Shown: positions 32,671 to 46,765 of the stretch, piece after piece
Position numbering within the stretch: position 1 is the stretch's first letter
Layout: each line of letters starts with the position of its first letter
Source: the human T2T-CHM13v2.0 reference genome, Homo sapiens
Strand: one strand, 5' to 3'
Assembly (NCBI RefSeq): GCF_009914755.1
Contig: NC_060933.1
DNA: 64,000 nucleotides
Position numbers and translations under genes: made by a program
The notes under the pieces: generated by a model
What the model saw: the letters and a program-made list of their open reading frames with translations, nothing else
What the model was told of the DNA's origin: nothing
The model's database searches: none

Positions 32671-34121
32671 GACTAGTCTGCTTTTAAAACTTTGCTCCTT
32701 CCAAACTATGTGGGGGTGTTGATCAAGAGTTAATTTACCATCACGTGGTCCCAAACTGGAGGATCCTTTAAGAAACACCATGTAATTGCTTGCTCCTGCA
32801 TTCTAGTATTTCTTCCATTCTTGGAGCTAAATGTTTACATTTGGAGTTGAAAAGACACCCTGTGTGAGCATAGATAGAGCATTCCATCTAATGCTGTCAG
32901 AAAAAACAGCTCCAGACCCAGCATTCCAAAATCTGCAAGATGGAACAAACAGATGTCTTGTCCATCACAGGATGGGGCCCATCCCATTTCTGAAACGTTG
33001 TTTCTTCCTTTTGCAGCACCTTGGCTTTTATTAACCAGCTGTTTGCCCAGAGGGACCCTCTCTGGCCTGCCAATTCTCTTTCAGGAGAGTAAAGTTATCT
33101 AATAGCCACAAGGTAGGGCTTGCCTATTACTATAGGCTTAGAGAATGGACTGAATGCAGGAGGTCACTCTGGCTTCACAAGAGTCAAAACCCAGAGACAT
33201 TTATCAGACAGGGAAAATAAACCTCAAAACCAAAAGCAACTGAAGGAGAAAGTGGTGCTTTAGGCACCCAGGAAATTTCTGATTTCCATCATTCTCTAAC
33301 AGGTAGTAAAATCATAAAAATGTTATTTAATGTTAATTGAGCACTTACTAGTTCATACACATCTTTTTATTGAAACCTCGTAACTCAGTGAGGAAGATAC
33401 TTTACTATTTTTCATTTTCAGATAAAGAAATGAAGGCTTAGAGAAATACTATAACCAATAATGGCAGAGCTGGACATTAAGCCATGTCTGTCATCAAAGC
33501 TGTGCTTTGAGATACTACAGAAACATTTCCCCTATAGACAAGCATGTCCTCGTATCTTTCCTTGAATTGAGGAGTCAGTCGTTGTTGTCAGCTTACATTT
33601 TCTTTTCTCTTTCTGACTGCATTTTCTTTGCTGATACCACAAGTTCCCAGAGGAAGGGATGAAGCCCATTGCTTGTCTAACTCTTGCTTAGGACAGAAAT
33701 CCTGATTTGGGGACCCACGTCATCTACATCCTGACCTACTGACTGATCCATGCAGGTTGTACTGTCACACAGCTCACAGAACCAAATCCTTTATCTCCAC
33801 CCACACTTAAGGATACATTTCCTGGTGTCTTTATGACAGTGAAAGAGAAAAGGGATGACTCATGGCATTATGGTGATATATTCCAAGACCTTCATGAGAG
33901 CCTCAGGTGCCTAAATGACTCTCCCTTCTTTTGGTAAATGTATTCTAGATTTCCAGTACAGAGCCCCAATGCTGGGCTGAGATGCACTTGCTAGGTGCTC
34001 AGCTAGGCTCACTCACTCTAATTAAAGGACTCATTTGCATGCCAGCCATGCAGTGAGTCTGATTCAAATTTGTGTCCCAGTAAAATCACCATTGCCTGCA
34101 TATCCCGGATCTTCAAGGTCA

Positions 34122-34571
<450 letters not shown>

Positions 34572-35341
34572 TCAAAAGTAAAAGGGGGTAATTCCCAATC
34601 CATATGGGAGCAGGGGCTCAGGAAGGCCTCACCTGTGTCCCTAGACACCTTCCAGCAGAACCTCAGAGGAAGGAGTGCTTCTTAGCAGTGAGCATTGTGG
34701 AGGAGGCAGGAGGGAAACCAACTGGAGAGGAGGGTGTGTGTGTGTGTGCAGGCAAGTTCATGCACAAGTGTGTCTGTTGGGTGGGAGGTGGAATGTGCTT
34801 GTGCCTGTCCGTGCTTGAGGTGCATGGCAGGTGACGTGAGTGGGGCCGCTACAGATGGCAGGCCAGTCCTAGCTGTGCTTTGTTCCCTAGCCCGGCCCCT
34901 GGAATGACTCACAATGCTAACTTGAGAAAATCTTCTTCAGGGGCGCTGCTCCTTAGCCTGGAAGCATGGGAATCTGCTAAGCCCCTGGGTAGCCCAGCTT
35001 GAGGCGTTTGATCCAAGCCCACAGCAAAAGCTGTTAACGTGTTTCTTGACCACAGCGAAACAGTGGGTAGAAGTTTTGGTTTGGTTTAGATTAGCCAGCG
35101 GTTCTGTGGCTTTTGGGGAGAATAAAAGCCCAATTACTTCCTTAAAAAAACAAGTGGGCAACTAGATTATTACCTCTTATTTCTGATTTTGAAGAAGAGG
35201 AGGTAGGTATAAGCAGTTTGTGTCTGGGAAAGACTAGGGTATACAGACCTCATATAGGCAAAACCATGAGGTCATCAAAATGTGTCACCTGGGCCCTGAC
35301 TCTAACCGCCACCTCCATGTCCCTCATCTTTCAGGCATTAG

Positions 35342-35794
<453 letters not shown>

Positions 35795-35989
35795 TAAGCC
35801 TGCCTGAGTACAAATCCCATACAAAAAGAATGTATTTACTTAGCTATTTTTTGCTTATTGTTCATTCTAGGTTGCTTCCAACTTTTTCCTATGTTAAATA
35901 ATGTCACCACAAATATATTTGTGTATATAAATTTTCACTCTTTTTGGTTAATTTATTCCCAGAAGTGAGATTACTGGGTCAAAAGGTCC

Positions 35990-36170
35990 TTCTGCTAGTG
36001 TGTAACCTGGGCCAGCTGCTCAGTGTCTCTGTGCTTCAGTTTCTCATGTATAAAATGGGATTTATAAAATAGTACTTTACTCACAGGTTTGTTGTGAGAA
36101 TTAAATGAACTGCTGTATGTAATGCACTTAGAATAATATCCTGCACATAGCAAGTACTATGCTTAATACT
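35990..36170 (+). mobile_element. MIR
   Basis: tgtgtaacctgggccag...ctctgtgcttcagtttctcatgtataaaatgggat. Confidence 0.8.
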
Positions 36171-36597
36171 TAACTTGTTATATTTGTTACTTTTATCTTG
36201 CCACGGGGGATTGATTTGAAGACATTTCTAATTATGAAATGAAGAGTTATTCCCGATCGAAAAAAATCTTTGGAAAAGTGGAAAAGTGGCTCCTTTGGAG
36301 GGTGGCATGTTAGCCGATATCCTGATTTGCAGCCTGGAGGCAGGTGTCCATGCCTAACGTCAGCGCCTGGGGCAGCCCACTCTTCCTGGAAGATGGGTGC
36401 TGCTGTCAGAGGCCAGTGGCAGGTGGTGCGTCCCCAAGGGCTCCCTTTGGCAAGGCTGACCCAAGCAGCCGATGGTCCTAAGACAGGCCAGCTTCCTTGA
36501 CTGCGTGCTGGCTGCCCCTCCTTTCATGCCCGGTGCTCCCTGACTCTGCTCCTGGACAGTCAGTGGGGCCTCCTGAGAGCCAGAGGTACGGTGCTGA

Positions 36598-37078
<481 letters not shown>

Positions 37079-39798
37079 CCAGTACATTTAATTTCAAGTG
37101 TCTTAAAGTAGTGGGCTGTGAATTCAGGGCTACTTGGAGCCCTTAGCATAGCCATCTGCCATGATTTTCCCAACGCTTTTCTCCAGAGCCCTTAGTCAAG
37201 TAGGCCTCAAGGCCAACTGTCATCAATTTCCGTAATATTTACATTGGGTGTTTTATTCTCTGATGACTTGGGAGTGATACATATGCCAGTGTCCCACTGA
37301 AGGCTGACACCTCTTCATTTAAAGGGAAAATCTGTAAATGTATACTCTGTCTCCCACGCCTGCTGTTACTGGTTACCTTTAGAAGGAGTGACTGGCACAT
37401 GGAGGCTGATGATTAAATGTTTGTTGAATAAATGAATGCATGAATGTACAGCAGTTTTCTTAGCTGTTCCCTATTGTGGGGCTTTTAGGTTGCTTCAATT
37501 TTTTTAAAATTGTAAATGTTACCTTCAACATACTTGTGTGTATAGCTTCCTTCTTTTGGGTTATTTCGTTTTCCACAAGTAGAATTTCCGGGTCAAAGGG
37601 TAGAAACAATTTATGGCATTTGATTTGTATTTCTAAATCGCTTTGCCCAAGTATTGTACCAAGTTTTACTGCTCCCAGCAGTGTTTGAGTGCCAGTTTTA
37701 CAGTAAGCTTTCTGGCTTTGGCTGTGAACAGAAAATTCTTTTTTGCTACTTTATTAGGTTAATACTGATATCTCAATAACTTAATTTTTCATTTCTTTGA
37801 TTTCCAGTGAGGCTATCTTTCTGTATTTGATTACTAGTTATATTTATTATTTTGTGAATTTTGTTCACTGCTGTTTTCTATTATCTGAACAATACTTACC
37901 TAATTAAGCTATTCACCTGCAAATGTTGTCACTAGTCTGTAATTTTTCCTTTCCTCTTTCTTTTCCCTCCCTCTCTCTTTCCTTTCCTTCCCCCTTCACT
38001 TCCTTCCTTCCTTTTTCCTTCTATTGTTTTAATGTTCGTATTGTCACCTCTGTTAATCTTTTCCTCTGACTTTGGTTTATAAGCCACAAGAATGTGACTA
38101 GCATAACAGAGGGAAAGATGAGCGCTTAAAACACAAGGGAAAATTTCTCTTGTTTTAAATTGCTGGCTAGTTTCCACCTCATTCCGTATTGACTTTAGGA
38201 ATTTTCTAGTAGTATGATTTGTTCATTCTGTGAAGGGTATGATATAGCGCCAACATTTTTGGCATTGTGTCTTTGTTCTGTGGGATTCATTAACAAACAG
38301 GCCGAAGGCTAACTTTTCCTCTGCCTCCCCACTTAGTCGTAACCCTTGTGGAAACTTTGAAGATGGCAGGAGAGGTGAAAGGCAGTTGGCTTGAGTGTTG
38401 CAGGAAGGAAGAGGATTATCATCTTGAAATGCTTTTGGAGGAACCAGCTACCTTCTAAATGAAAAATATGGGAAGGGGGAAGGATGGAGCCAGTATTTCT
38501 TGGCTCTGGTACAGCTGGTCTAACAGGGTTGGGTTGTGGGCGGGGGGGTCTGTGTACAAGGCAAACGTTTGTGCTGGCACCAGTTTGGAACTGTATTGCA
38601 TGAAAGGGAAGAAATGTAGCCATTAAAGTGAGATGGAAACGTTAGGCCAGTCCTTTTCTGGGTATATCTGAAAATCAGAGTAGTGAGCCTTTCAAGGGCT
38701 AAGGTCCATGGAGGGTCTGAAGGACCTGCCTCCCCAGGGATTCTCATCTGGGTTTTCAATACTCTACTGTGTCTCCTGTAGTTTCCTGTGGTTGCTGTGT
38801 GCAGGGAAGGGATGGTGTTAGTTGTCTCATAATCAAGCAGAGCATGGGTCCTAACACCCCAGCTGCCGGGAACCACTGTCCAGGCAGTTCTCGAGGGAAT
38901 GAGTGGGGCATAAAAATTCTGTTTCTCAGTTGGTGAGCCCTGCTTTCCCTTGTGTTATTTTAAGCTGCCATTACCGTATGGCCTGATCCCAGGGTGTGGC
39001 TTCTGTGACTTATTTTAGCAAAAAAGAATTACTAGTAGCATTGTTGACCTAAAAAGCCATTAAGATTTAACCATTCCTACCTTCCCTCTTGGGTATGCAG
39101 CAAATGCAGTAGGCTTGGGGGCAATTAGTAATTGTAATGAAAAGCAAATATATGAAGTTACATACTTTTGAGTTATTTACATGTAGTGTGAAACACAAAA
39201 TGAGGGGTTTAGGAAGGATACGTGATGCAGAATATAAATTAATCCATGTACTTCTCTCAAGATTGAGTCATACCTGAGGCTTAGAGTAGACCCTATCACC
39301 TCCTGCTGTCACCAGTGAGTACCTGTGCTGCCCAGGAGTACATATGATCAACTGCTGAAAACAAACAGCCAAGCAAACTTGAATGCCTGATGTGAGAACA
39401 GGTGCCCTTAGGGGATCTCTCCTTTGGGCTAAGGTCCTCTGAACTAATCCCTTTTCTATCTGTCTCTTTAAGGTGTGTGCCTGTTAACCCTACCTGATCT
39501 TTACCTTTTGTAGAGCTGGCACACATGCTGGGCACTCAGTTGGTGTTGAATTGTTGACTGACCGATGGAGGGAACAGCAAGGAAAGAGTGGCAGCTCTCT
39601 CTGCTATTCCTTGTTTGACGGCAGTGGAAGTTTTCACAGATCCAGAGGAGCCTTCTGGGATAGGACCTTCACTTAGGGAAGGCCTGGAGTCTTCGTGGCA
39701 TGGTCTTTATTTAGAGGCAATGGCTCTGACATCTTGGAATCGATGATCATAAAACCATACTTAATAAATTCTAGGCACCCTACGGAACCCTTCAGGTT

Positions 39799-39981
39799 AG
39801 TGGTTCTCCAAGTGTGAGCTCTGGACAGCCATGTCATTGCCTGGGAACGTGTTAGAAATGCAATGTCTCAGGCCCCAGCCCAGACCTGCTGAATCAGAAA
39901 CTCTGGGGTGAGGCGCAGCAAGCTGTGCTTTAGAAAGCAGACCAGGTGATCTCGATGTACACTGAAGTTCAAGTATCACTG
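39799..39981. mobile_element. MER5A MITE
   Basis: agtggttctccaagtgtg...tgttagaaatgca...ctgaatcagaaactctggggtg...atcactg. Confidence 0.85.
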
Positions 39982-40044
39982 TTTTATGGTATGTTAAGTA
40001 AGTATTTAATCCTTACAACACCCATATAGAGTCAAACCTATTTA

Positions 40045-40405
40045 AAAATTTTCAGCTTTATTTAGGTTATAATTGACGAATACAATTATATATATTTAAT
40101 GTATACAATCTGATAATTTGATATATGTAGACATTGTGAAATGATTATCACAATCGAGTTAATTAACACACCTGTCACCTCACATAGTTACCTTTTGTGG
40201 GTGAGAGAATGCCCAAGATCTACTCTCCAAAAAAATTCCAGGTATGTAATGCAGTACTGTTAACTATAGACACCAGGCTGTACATTAGATCCCCAGAGCT
40301 GCTTCATCTTAGAATTCAGAGTTTGTACCCTTGGCCAACATCTCCCCATTCTCTTGCTCCCTCTGCCCCGCAACCCCTGATATCTATTACTCTACTCTCT
40401 GTAAA
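40045..40405 (-). mobile_element. L1MA-family 3'-end fragment
   Basis: acattgtgaaatgattatcaca...cacctcacatagttacc...aagatctactct. Confidence 0.8.
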
Positions 40406-40547
40406 AACAGCCTATCTTTAAAAGTATCAAATTTTGTTGGTGAGGAAAGAGAAAAGGGGATACACCCAAGGCTTCACACCAGCAGAACCGGGATTTGAAC
40501 CCAGATATACTGATTTAGGGCCTGAGATTAGAAGGGAGAGAAGGAAG

Positions 40548-40835
40548 GGCCAGGCGCAGTGGCTTACACCTGTAGTCTCAGCACTTTGGGAGGCCAAGGT
40601 GGGCAGATATGTGAGATCAGGAGTTCGAGACCAGCCTGACCAACATGGTGAAACCCCGTCTCTACCAAATTCAAAAATTAGCCAGGCATGGTGGCATGCG
40701 CCTGTAATCCCAGCTACTTGGAGGGGGAGCTGAGGCAGGAGAATTGCTTGAACCTGGGAGGTGGAGGTTGCAGTGAGCCGAGATTGAAACACTGCACTCC
40801 AGCCACTCTGTCTCAAAAAAAAAAAAAAAAAAAAA
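40548..40835 (+). mobile_element. Alu (AluS)
   Basis: 18-bp TSD agaagggagagaaggaag at 40530-40547 and 40842-40859. Confidence 0.95.
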
Positions 40836-40933
40836 GAGAGAAGAAGGGAGAGAAGGAAGACAGACTTTGCAGATAACAAGGCAACAAGGCACAGGGATAA
40901 TTTTCAATCCCAATTTATTTATTGAATTTGTAG

Positions 40934-41062
40934 CGGTGTGCTGGACCTGCTCCTACCATCTTGCAAGGGCTAATGGTAAACATCTCTTCTCAACTTTGTG
41001 TTCAGTGATGTCAGCTTGAAATTGGCCCTGGGCGGGGAGGGCCATTTATACCTCAGAAACTC
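40934..41062. mobile_element. MER63-like hAT fragment
   Basis: gtgtgctgga...gttcagtgatgtcagcttgaaattggcc...atttatacc. Confidence 0.45.
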
Positions 41063-42496
41063 CATCATTGCCTAAATGCATGCACTGTATAAAGCTGGAC
41101 ATCATGTGTTCTTGGTAGACATTGCATACGTGTTAGCCTGGAGAATATAAAGCAAGCACCATTCATGGATCCATTAATGTTTTAGCTGCACCTGTGTTTC
41201 CTCGTGTCTACAGAATTGCTTTCGACAACATTAAAACTCTAGAACCTTAGGGTCAGAAGGGAGCAGAGAGCTTATCTTCTCTAAAGCCCTCTGAATGAAC
41301 ACAAAATCAAATCATTTTGATTATTTCTAATTTGTAATTAAAAATAGGTCAGTAATAATCGCCTGCTTCTGCGGATTTCCGGGATTTCAGACACCCCTTC
41401 ACGGGCCCTCTTGGTACCCTTTGTGATGGAGTGGGGGTAGATACAGCTGGTCCAGGCCTGAGAGGCAACAGCTGCTGGAAAATTTGGTGAGAAGGACAGC
41501 AGAGTAGGAATTCCCTTCTCTGTGGCCTGGCACGGGTGTGGGAGAGGGTTCCTTGCTTCTGGAACGGGGTAATGAATTGAAATGTCAACACAGAGCCTTC
41601 TCTGAACTTCTGTCTCAGAGGGATTCATGTAGGAACAACTGAGGATTTGAGATTTCAGGGTTCCCAGGCTGGGGGCCGGGGTTTTCTGTAGTTTCCCGCC
41701 AGCTTCTAATTCCAGCTCTGTCTTGGATCACGGGTTACACTACTCACTGGTGGATGGGGTGTCCCTCTCCCCAGACAGTATCGGGAGTGAATTAGCATGT
41801 TTCCCTCCTGTAAGTGATCCTCTTTTTGAGTAAACATCCCCTGGGTTTCTGTGATGTGTAACTAATGGAGTGCTAAACTCTCAGGGCTGGTTTAAGACTC
41901 AGAGCGCACACGTGTTGCCAATCCATCATGCTCCTAATACTAATTAACATAGCAGGGACACAATAAAGCCACAGATCCTGCACACATTACCTGGCTCGGG
42001 TTTCGCTCTCATAACAATCTCACTATTGACCCAAGGAGAGCACACGTTGGGAAAGGGAGCTCCAGCCCCTTCTCCCTGGCTCGACCTGCCCCATCAAATA
42101 AAAAATGCCATTGGGCATCATGATATAGGCGGCGTCCACTGTCCACTTGTTGTTTCTGCTTTGGGACAGTGCCTGAGTTCACGGAACAGTAGGGTGGGGT
42201 GGGGTGGCCTGAAAGCGAGGCTTCCCAGCATCCCTGAGTGGGAGTTGAGGCATTTCTCTCACACGCTGGGCTACTGTTACCATTGGGATTTCAGGCCCTG
42301 CCTGGTTCACAGCTCTTAAGTGAACCTCTCAGGAAGACTTGCTGTTCAAATGAGAACTGGCTTACCTACCTGCACCCTGCAAAAAGCATTTATCCCTCAT
42401 CCCAAAGTCGGCCAAGCGGAAATATATGCATCTAGATCTTGACCGGGTTGTTGGTTATGGGGGGTATAATGCATTTATCAAAAATTACTGAATTGT

Positions 42497-42789
42497 GGTC
42501 AGGCATGGTGGCTCATGTATGTAATCCCAGTCCTTTGGGGAGCTGAGGCAGGAAGATCGTTTGAGCCCAAGAGTTTGAGACCAGCCTAGGCAATATAGTG
42601 AGACCCTGTGTCCACAAAAACAAAAATAAAATTATCCAGGTATGGTGGCTCACACCTGTGAGTTACTCAGGAGGCTGAGGAGGGAGGACCGCTTGAGCTG
42701 GGGATGTTGAGGCTGCAATGAGCCGTGATTCATGTCACTGCACTCCAGTTTGGGAGACAGAGAGAGATTCTGTCTGTAAAAAAAAAAAA
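42497..42789 (+). mobile_element. Alu (AluJ) in an old L1 3' end
   Basis: TSD aaaaatta(c/t)tgaattg. Confidence 0.93.
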
Positions 42790-44357
42790 TTATTGAATTG
42801 CACAATTAATATGTGTGTTTTCATGGTCTATAAATTTTTCCTCAATAAAATAGTTTGAAAAATTACCTTTTGCAGCAACCAGTAGTTTTTGGATGTCTTA
42901 CAATCAAAACAAGATATAAAAATGGTGCTGGGGCTACTATGACACCCATAACCCTGCATGCCAAATCCTATGGTCTTTATTCTCTAATGACATTATTCTT
43001 ACTGATGTAAATGACTATGGATGTAAACTTATAATACAAGTTATTTTTTAAAAAAGGAAGTGCGTGTTCAAAGCCTATTCATAGAGGGGCCATCTGAGGG
43101 AAACATGAACAAATGCTCCTAGTCTGGTGTCGAAATGCTCAGCAAAACCTTATACAGGATTCAGATCCTGCATAATACAGCATCCAACTAAGCTTCACTT
43201 CCCTAAATCAGCTCCATGATTTAGGGACCACTGCCCTGGGCTGGCCTGGGGGAAGCAGAGAAGTGGAGCAGCTCAGGATCTCCCTTCCTGTTTCAATCAG
43301 GGTGGCTCAGAATTTACCTCTTTCACATGGGGGCTTTCTGTGATGCTTTCTTTTGTGGAAAAGGTTCTTGAGCTAAGATACGTTTGAAAATCCGTTGAGT
43401 AAATGATCTCTAATGTCCCTCCCAGCTCTCGATTGTATGCATCTATTATTTTGTAACATCACTAGGAGATGTTTGCATGAGTATACATTATGATGTGAGA
43501 TGTTTGTTATCTTTCCGGAATCACGTATCTTTTTATGTTGAAGTATGCCTAATGTGTAATGTAGAAAAAAATCATAGTTATGCATAATATGATATTCCAA
43601 TATTTTAAAAAGTATGCTAAAAATTACATAAAATAAGAAATAATCACTATGTATAATCTAGGGTATTATAATATTTTAAAAAGTATTTATGACAAATAGT
43701 TCCATAAACATAGGAGAAAAAAATAAAACTAGATTCAAGAGTTGTATTGCGAGGCAAGAGAAGGATGACCTAAAATTGTTTGTGTCCTCCTCTGCCTAAA
43801 TATTTTTAGAGATCAGGGGATTAGATGATGGTGGTTTGTTTTTCACGTATTCTCAGCCTAAGGGTTTGTTTATTTAACTGTCTCACAAGTAGACACATCA
43901 AAAGAATATTAAAACAAACCAACAGCAAGCTTTGGGAACAAACACAAAAAAAACACAAACAATATCACACTGCCAGGCTCAGAAAAACATCAGAGGAAGA
44001 AGCTAAAAGCCCTTAATACGGTAGCCAGAAGTTAAACAAACAACCCATTAGATTAAAAATAACGGTGTCAGTACATGAACAATTTGATGATTAGCTAAGT
44101 GTTGTTGGCCTTAATCCAGCTGCAGGATTACATTAAAACATAGTTTCATTCACCACAAGATGCTTGATAAACCACAGGACAATTAAATTTACCCTTCTTC
44201 TTAAATATTAGCATCATTAGATAAGTTAACGAATAACGTTGTAAAGACTGGGCTTTCTATTGAAATCTCAATCTGAATGCTCCTAATGGTTGAGTAGATA
44301 ATAGATGGACTTTCACCTAGTAAGTATAAATTTTGATGTTCCTTGTAATTTAATTTC

Positions 44358-44654
44358 TTTTTCCTTTTTTTTTTTTTTTTTGAGACAGGGTCTTTCTCTG
44401 TCACCCAGGCTGCAGTGCAGTGGCGTGATCACCGCTCACTGCAGCCTCAACTTCCCCAGGCTCAGGTGATCCTCCTACCTGAGTAGCTGGGACTACAGGT
44501 GTGCACCATCACTCCTGGCTAATATTTACATTCTTTGTAGAGACAGGATTTCACCATGTTGCCCAGGCTGGTCCGAACTCCTGAGCTCAAGCCATCTGCC
44601 TGCCTTGGGCACCCAGAGTGCTGAGATTACAGTCATGGGCCACCGCGCCAGGCC
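44358..44654 (-). mobile_element. Alu (AluJ)
   Basis: TSD taatttcttttt. Confidence 0.93.
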
Positions 44655-45256
44655 TAATTTCTTTTTTCAATAAGGTAGGATGCCTTTCTCTAACATGACA
44701 TTTTCCCACTTAACACTCATGTAAAATGTGTTTCATCTGCACATCCATGGCAGACACTGCTCATCAATCACTCTGTCTTTCCTGCCCAGCCTCAGAATCC
44801 TTTTCAAGGCAGAGTGCTGACACCCACAAACTGTCAAGCTAAGTTGGGACTGGAACTGAAGCCATTTGCCATCCTCTCTGTGGTCATCACTGCTTCCTGA
44901 TTCAATGATCCAGTTGGCCAGGGGGTCCCTGTCTTTGCAAAGACAACACTTCCTGCCTACTTTTTGTTTATGAGAGTATCTATCAATGTCTCTCCTTTTT
45001 TTTTAATACATCTAGACTCAAATACTGAGTTTGGGTGCTTACCCAATTGATGCAACATTTTATGATTCTAAAATGAAAAAAGAAAAAAGAAGAATTTGTT
45101 GGATATATATTTACCTAGTGAGCCTTTCAGTTATGTCAGAGCTGGACAAGTTCCCTGGATAGAATGGCACTCACAGATTTGACCCACTAGGTCCATGATT
45201 TTTAATCTTTGGTGGGTATCCAAGTGCTTGGTTCCCACTTCAGGTCTGCCGATTCA

Positions 45257-45311
45257 AGCCTGCATGACAGAGTGAGAACCTGTCTCAAAAAAACAAAAAA
45301 CAAAAAACAAA
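45257..45311 (+). mobile_element. Severely 5'-truncated Alu (3' end and tail only)
   Basis: agcctgcatgacagagtgagaacctgtctcaaaaaaacaaaaaac. Confidence 0.7.
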
Positions 45312-45479
45312 CCCCAGACCTGCTGATTTAGTACCTGTATGGGTGCTAGACTAGGCACATTTTTTTGGGGGGGAAAAGGGGACCAAAATTTCATATGTGG
45401 CTTCCATGTTTTCCAGAAATTGAGAAACTCTGTCCTGGAGGGATGGGGTAGGTGCAGTATTTGATCCTTTGGGTATTGG

Positions 45480-45775
45480 TTTTTTTTTTTTTTTTTTTTT
45501 TTTGACAGAGTCTCACTCTGTCACCCACGCTGGAGTAGAGTGGCATGATCACAACTTATTGAGGCCTCAATCTCCCCCAGCTCAGGTGATCCTCCCACCT
45601 CAGCCTCCTGAGCTGCTAGGACTACAGATGCGAGCCACCACACCTGACTAGTCTTTGTAGTTTTTGTAAAGATGGGGTTTCACCATGTTGCCCAGACTGG
45701 TTTCAAACTCCTAGCCTCAAGCCATCTGGCCTCCCAACATGCTGGGATTACAGGAGTGAGCCACCACACTCGACC
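45480..45775 (-). mobile_element. Alu (AluJ)
   Basis: TSD ttgggtattg. Confidence 0.92.
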
Positions 45776-46094
45776 CTTGGGTATTGTTGAGGCTAATGGA
45801 GAGGCTGTAGTAACAAGACACTGTAGCCTGGATGCTGAGAGGTTGTATACTCTCAGGCCTCCATGCAATGTAGTTCCACCAGAGTATTGCTAGAAATAGG
45901 TTAATGGCAGCTAGCTTACCACTTATCTATGTAGTGCCACTTGCCAACAATCTATACCCAGGTTTTCAAATGTTAGCAATACTAAAGGGTGCACTTATAC
46001 AGATGATATTGACCATTTCATATACAAATCATCTGTATGCAATTGTATATATTCAAATGTAACGTATGTTTGAGATTTCTGCCATTTCCATGAA

Positions 46095-46315
46095 CAACGA
46101 TTAAGAGAATGGGCTCTGGAGTTAGATCTACTTGGTTTTGGGTTCTAGGCCCACCACTAAATGATCAGATGTGTGACCTTTGGTATGTTTCTTAACCTCT
46201 GTAAGTCTATTCATTCAACTACAAAAGAGACAAGATGCTTGACTTAGAGCATGGTTTTGAGGAATGAATTAGATAATTTACTCATGCATCTGGCCTAGGT
46301 GAGTGTTCTATAAAT
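46095..46315 (+). mobile_element. MIR
   Basis: ttaagagaatgggctctggagttaga...tgtgtgacctt...cttaacctctgtaag. Confidence 0.7.
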
Positions 46316-46328
46316 ATAGTAGTGTTTT

Positions 46329-46363
46329 TACACTTGATGGTAGCCAAAAGGCCAAGAAGCGAT
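46329..46363 (-). pseudogene. Tailless, 3'-truncated U2 snRNA retrocopy (U2 nt 1-35)
   Basis: Reverse complement atcgcttcttggccttttggctaccatcaagtgta matches U2 at 32/35. Perfect 13-bp TSD agtagtgttttta at 46318-46330 and 46364-46376. Confidence 0.9.
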
Positions 46364-46479
46364 AGTAGTGTTTTTATTTTACACAAAATAGCTTGAGTGC
46401 TGGTTGGAGCTTAGACACTGACTGATATGAATGATACAAACTGCTTTAATGCTTTACACTTTGGTTTACCTATTAATAT

Positions 46480-46765
46480 GTCACCTCCTCTAATCCCTAA
46501 CGGTTCCCCATTTCCCTGAGAGTGTCTGCCCAAGTCCTCCAGGCTATATATGATCTGCCCCTCTCCACCCCAAACACTCACAGATCAGCACTGCCTCCTT
46601 TGTACACTCTGACCCAGCTGCACTTGCCCCTTCTCGTTCCTTAAACACACCAGGAACATTCCTCCCTCAGGGCCACTGCATTCCCTGTTTTCTCTGGCTG
46701 GAATGTTCTTCCATGAGATATCAACATCTCCTTTAGGTCTCTTATCGGTGAGGCCACACCCTCCT
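46480..46765 (+). mobile_element. L2 fragment
   Basis: ttccttaaacacaccagg...cctccctcagggccactgcattccctgttttctctggctggaatgttctt. Confidence 0.6.
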
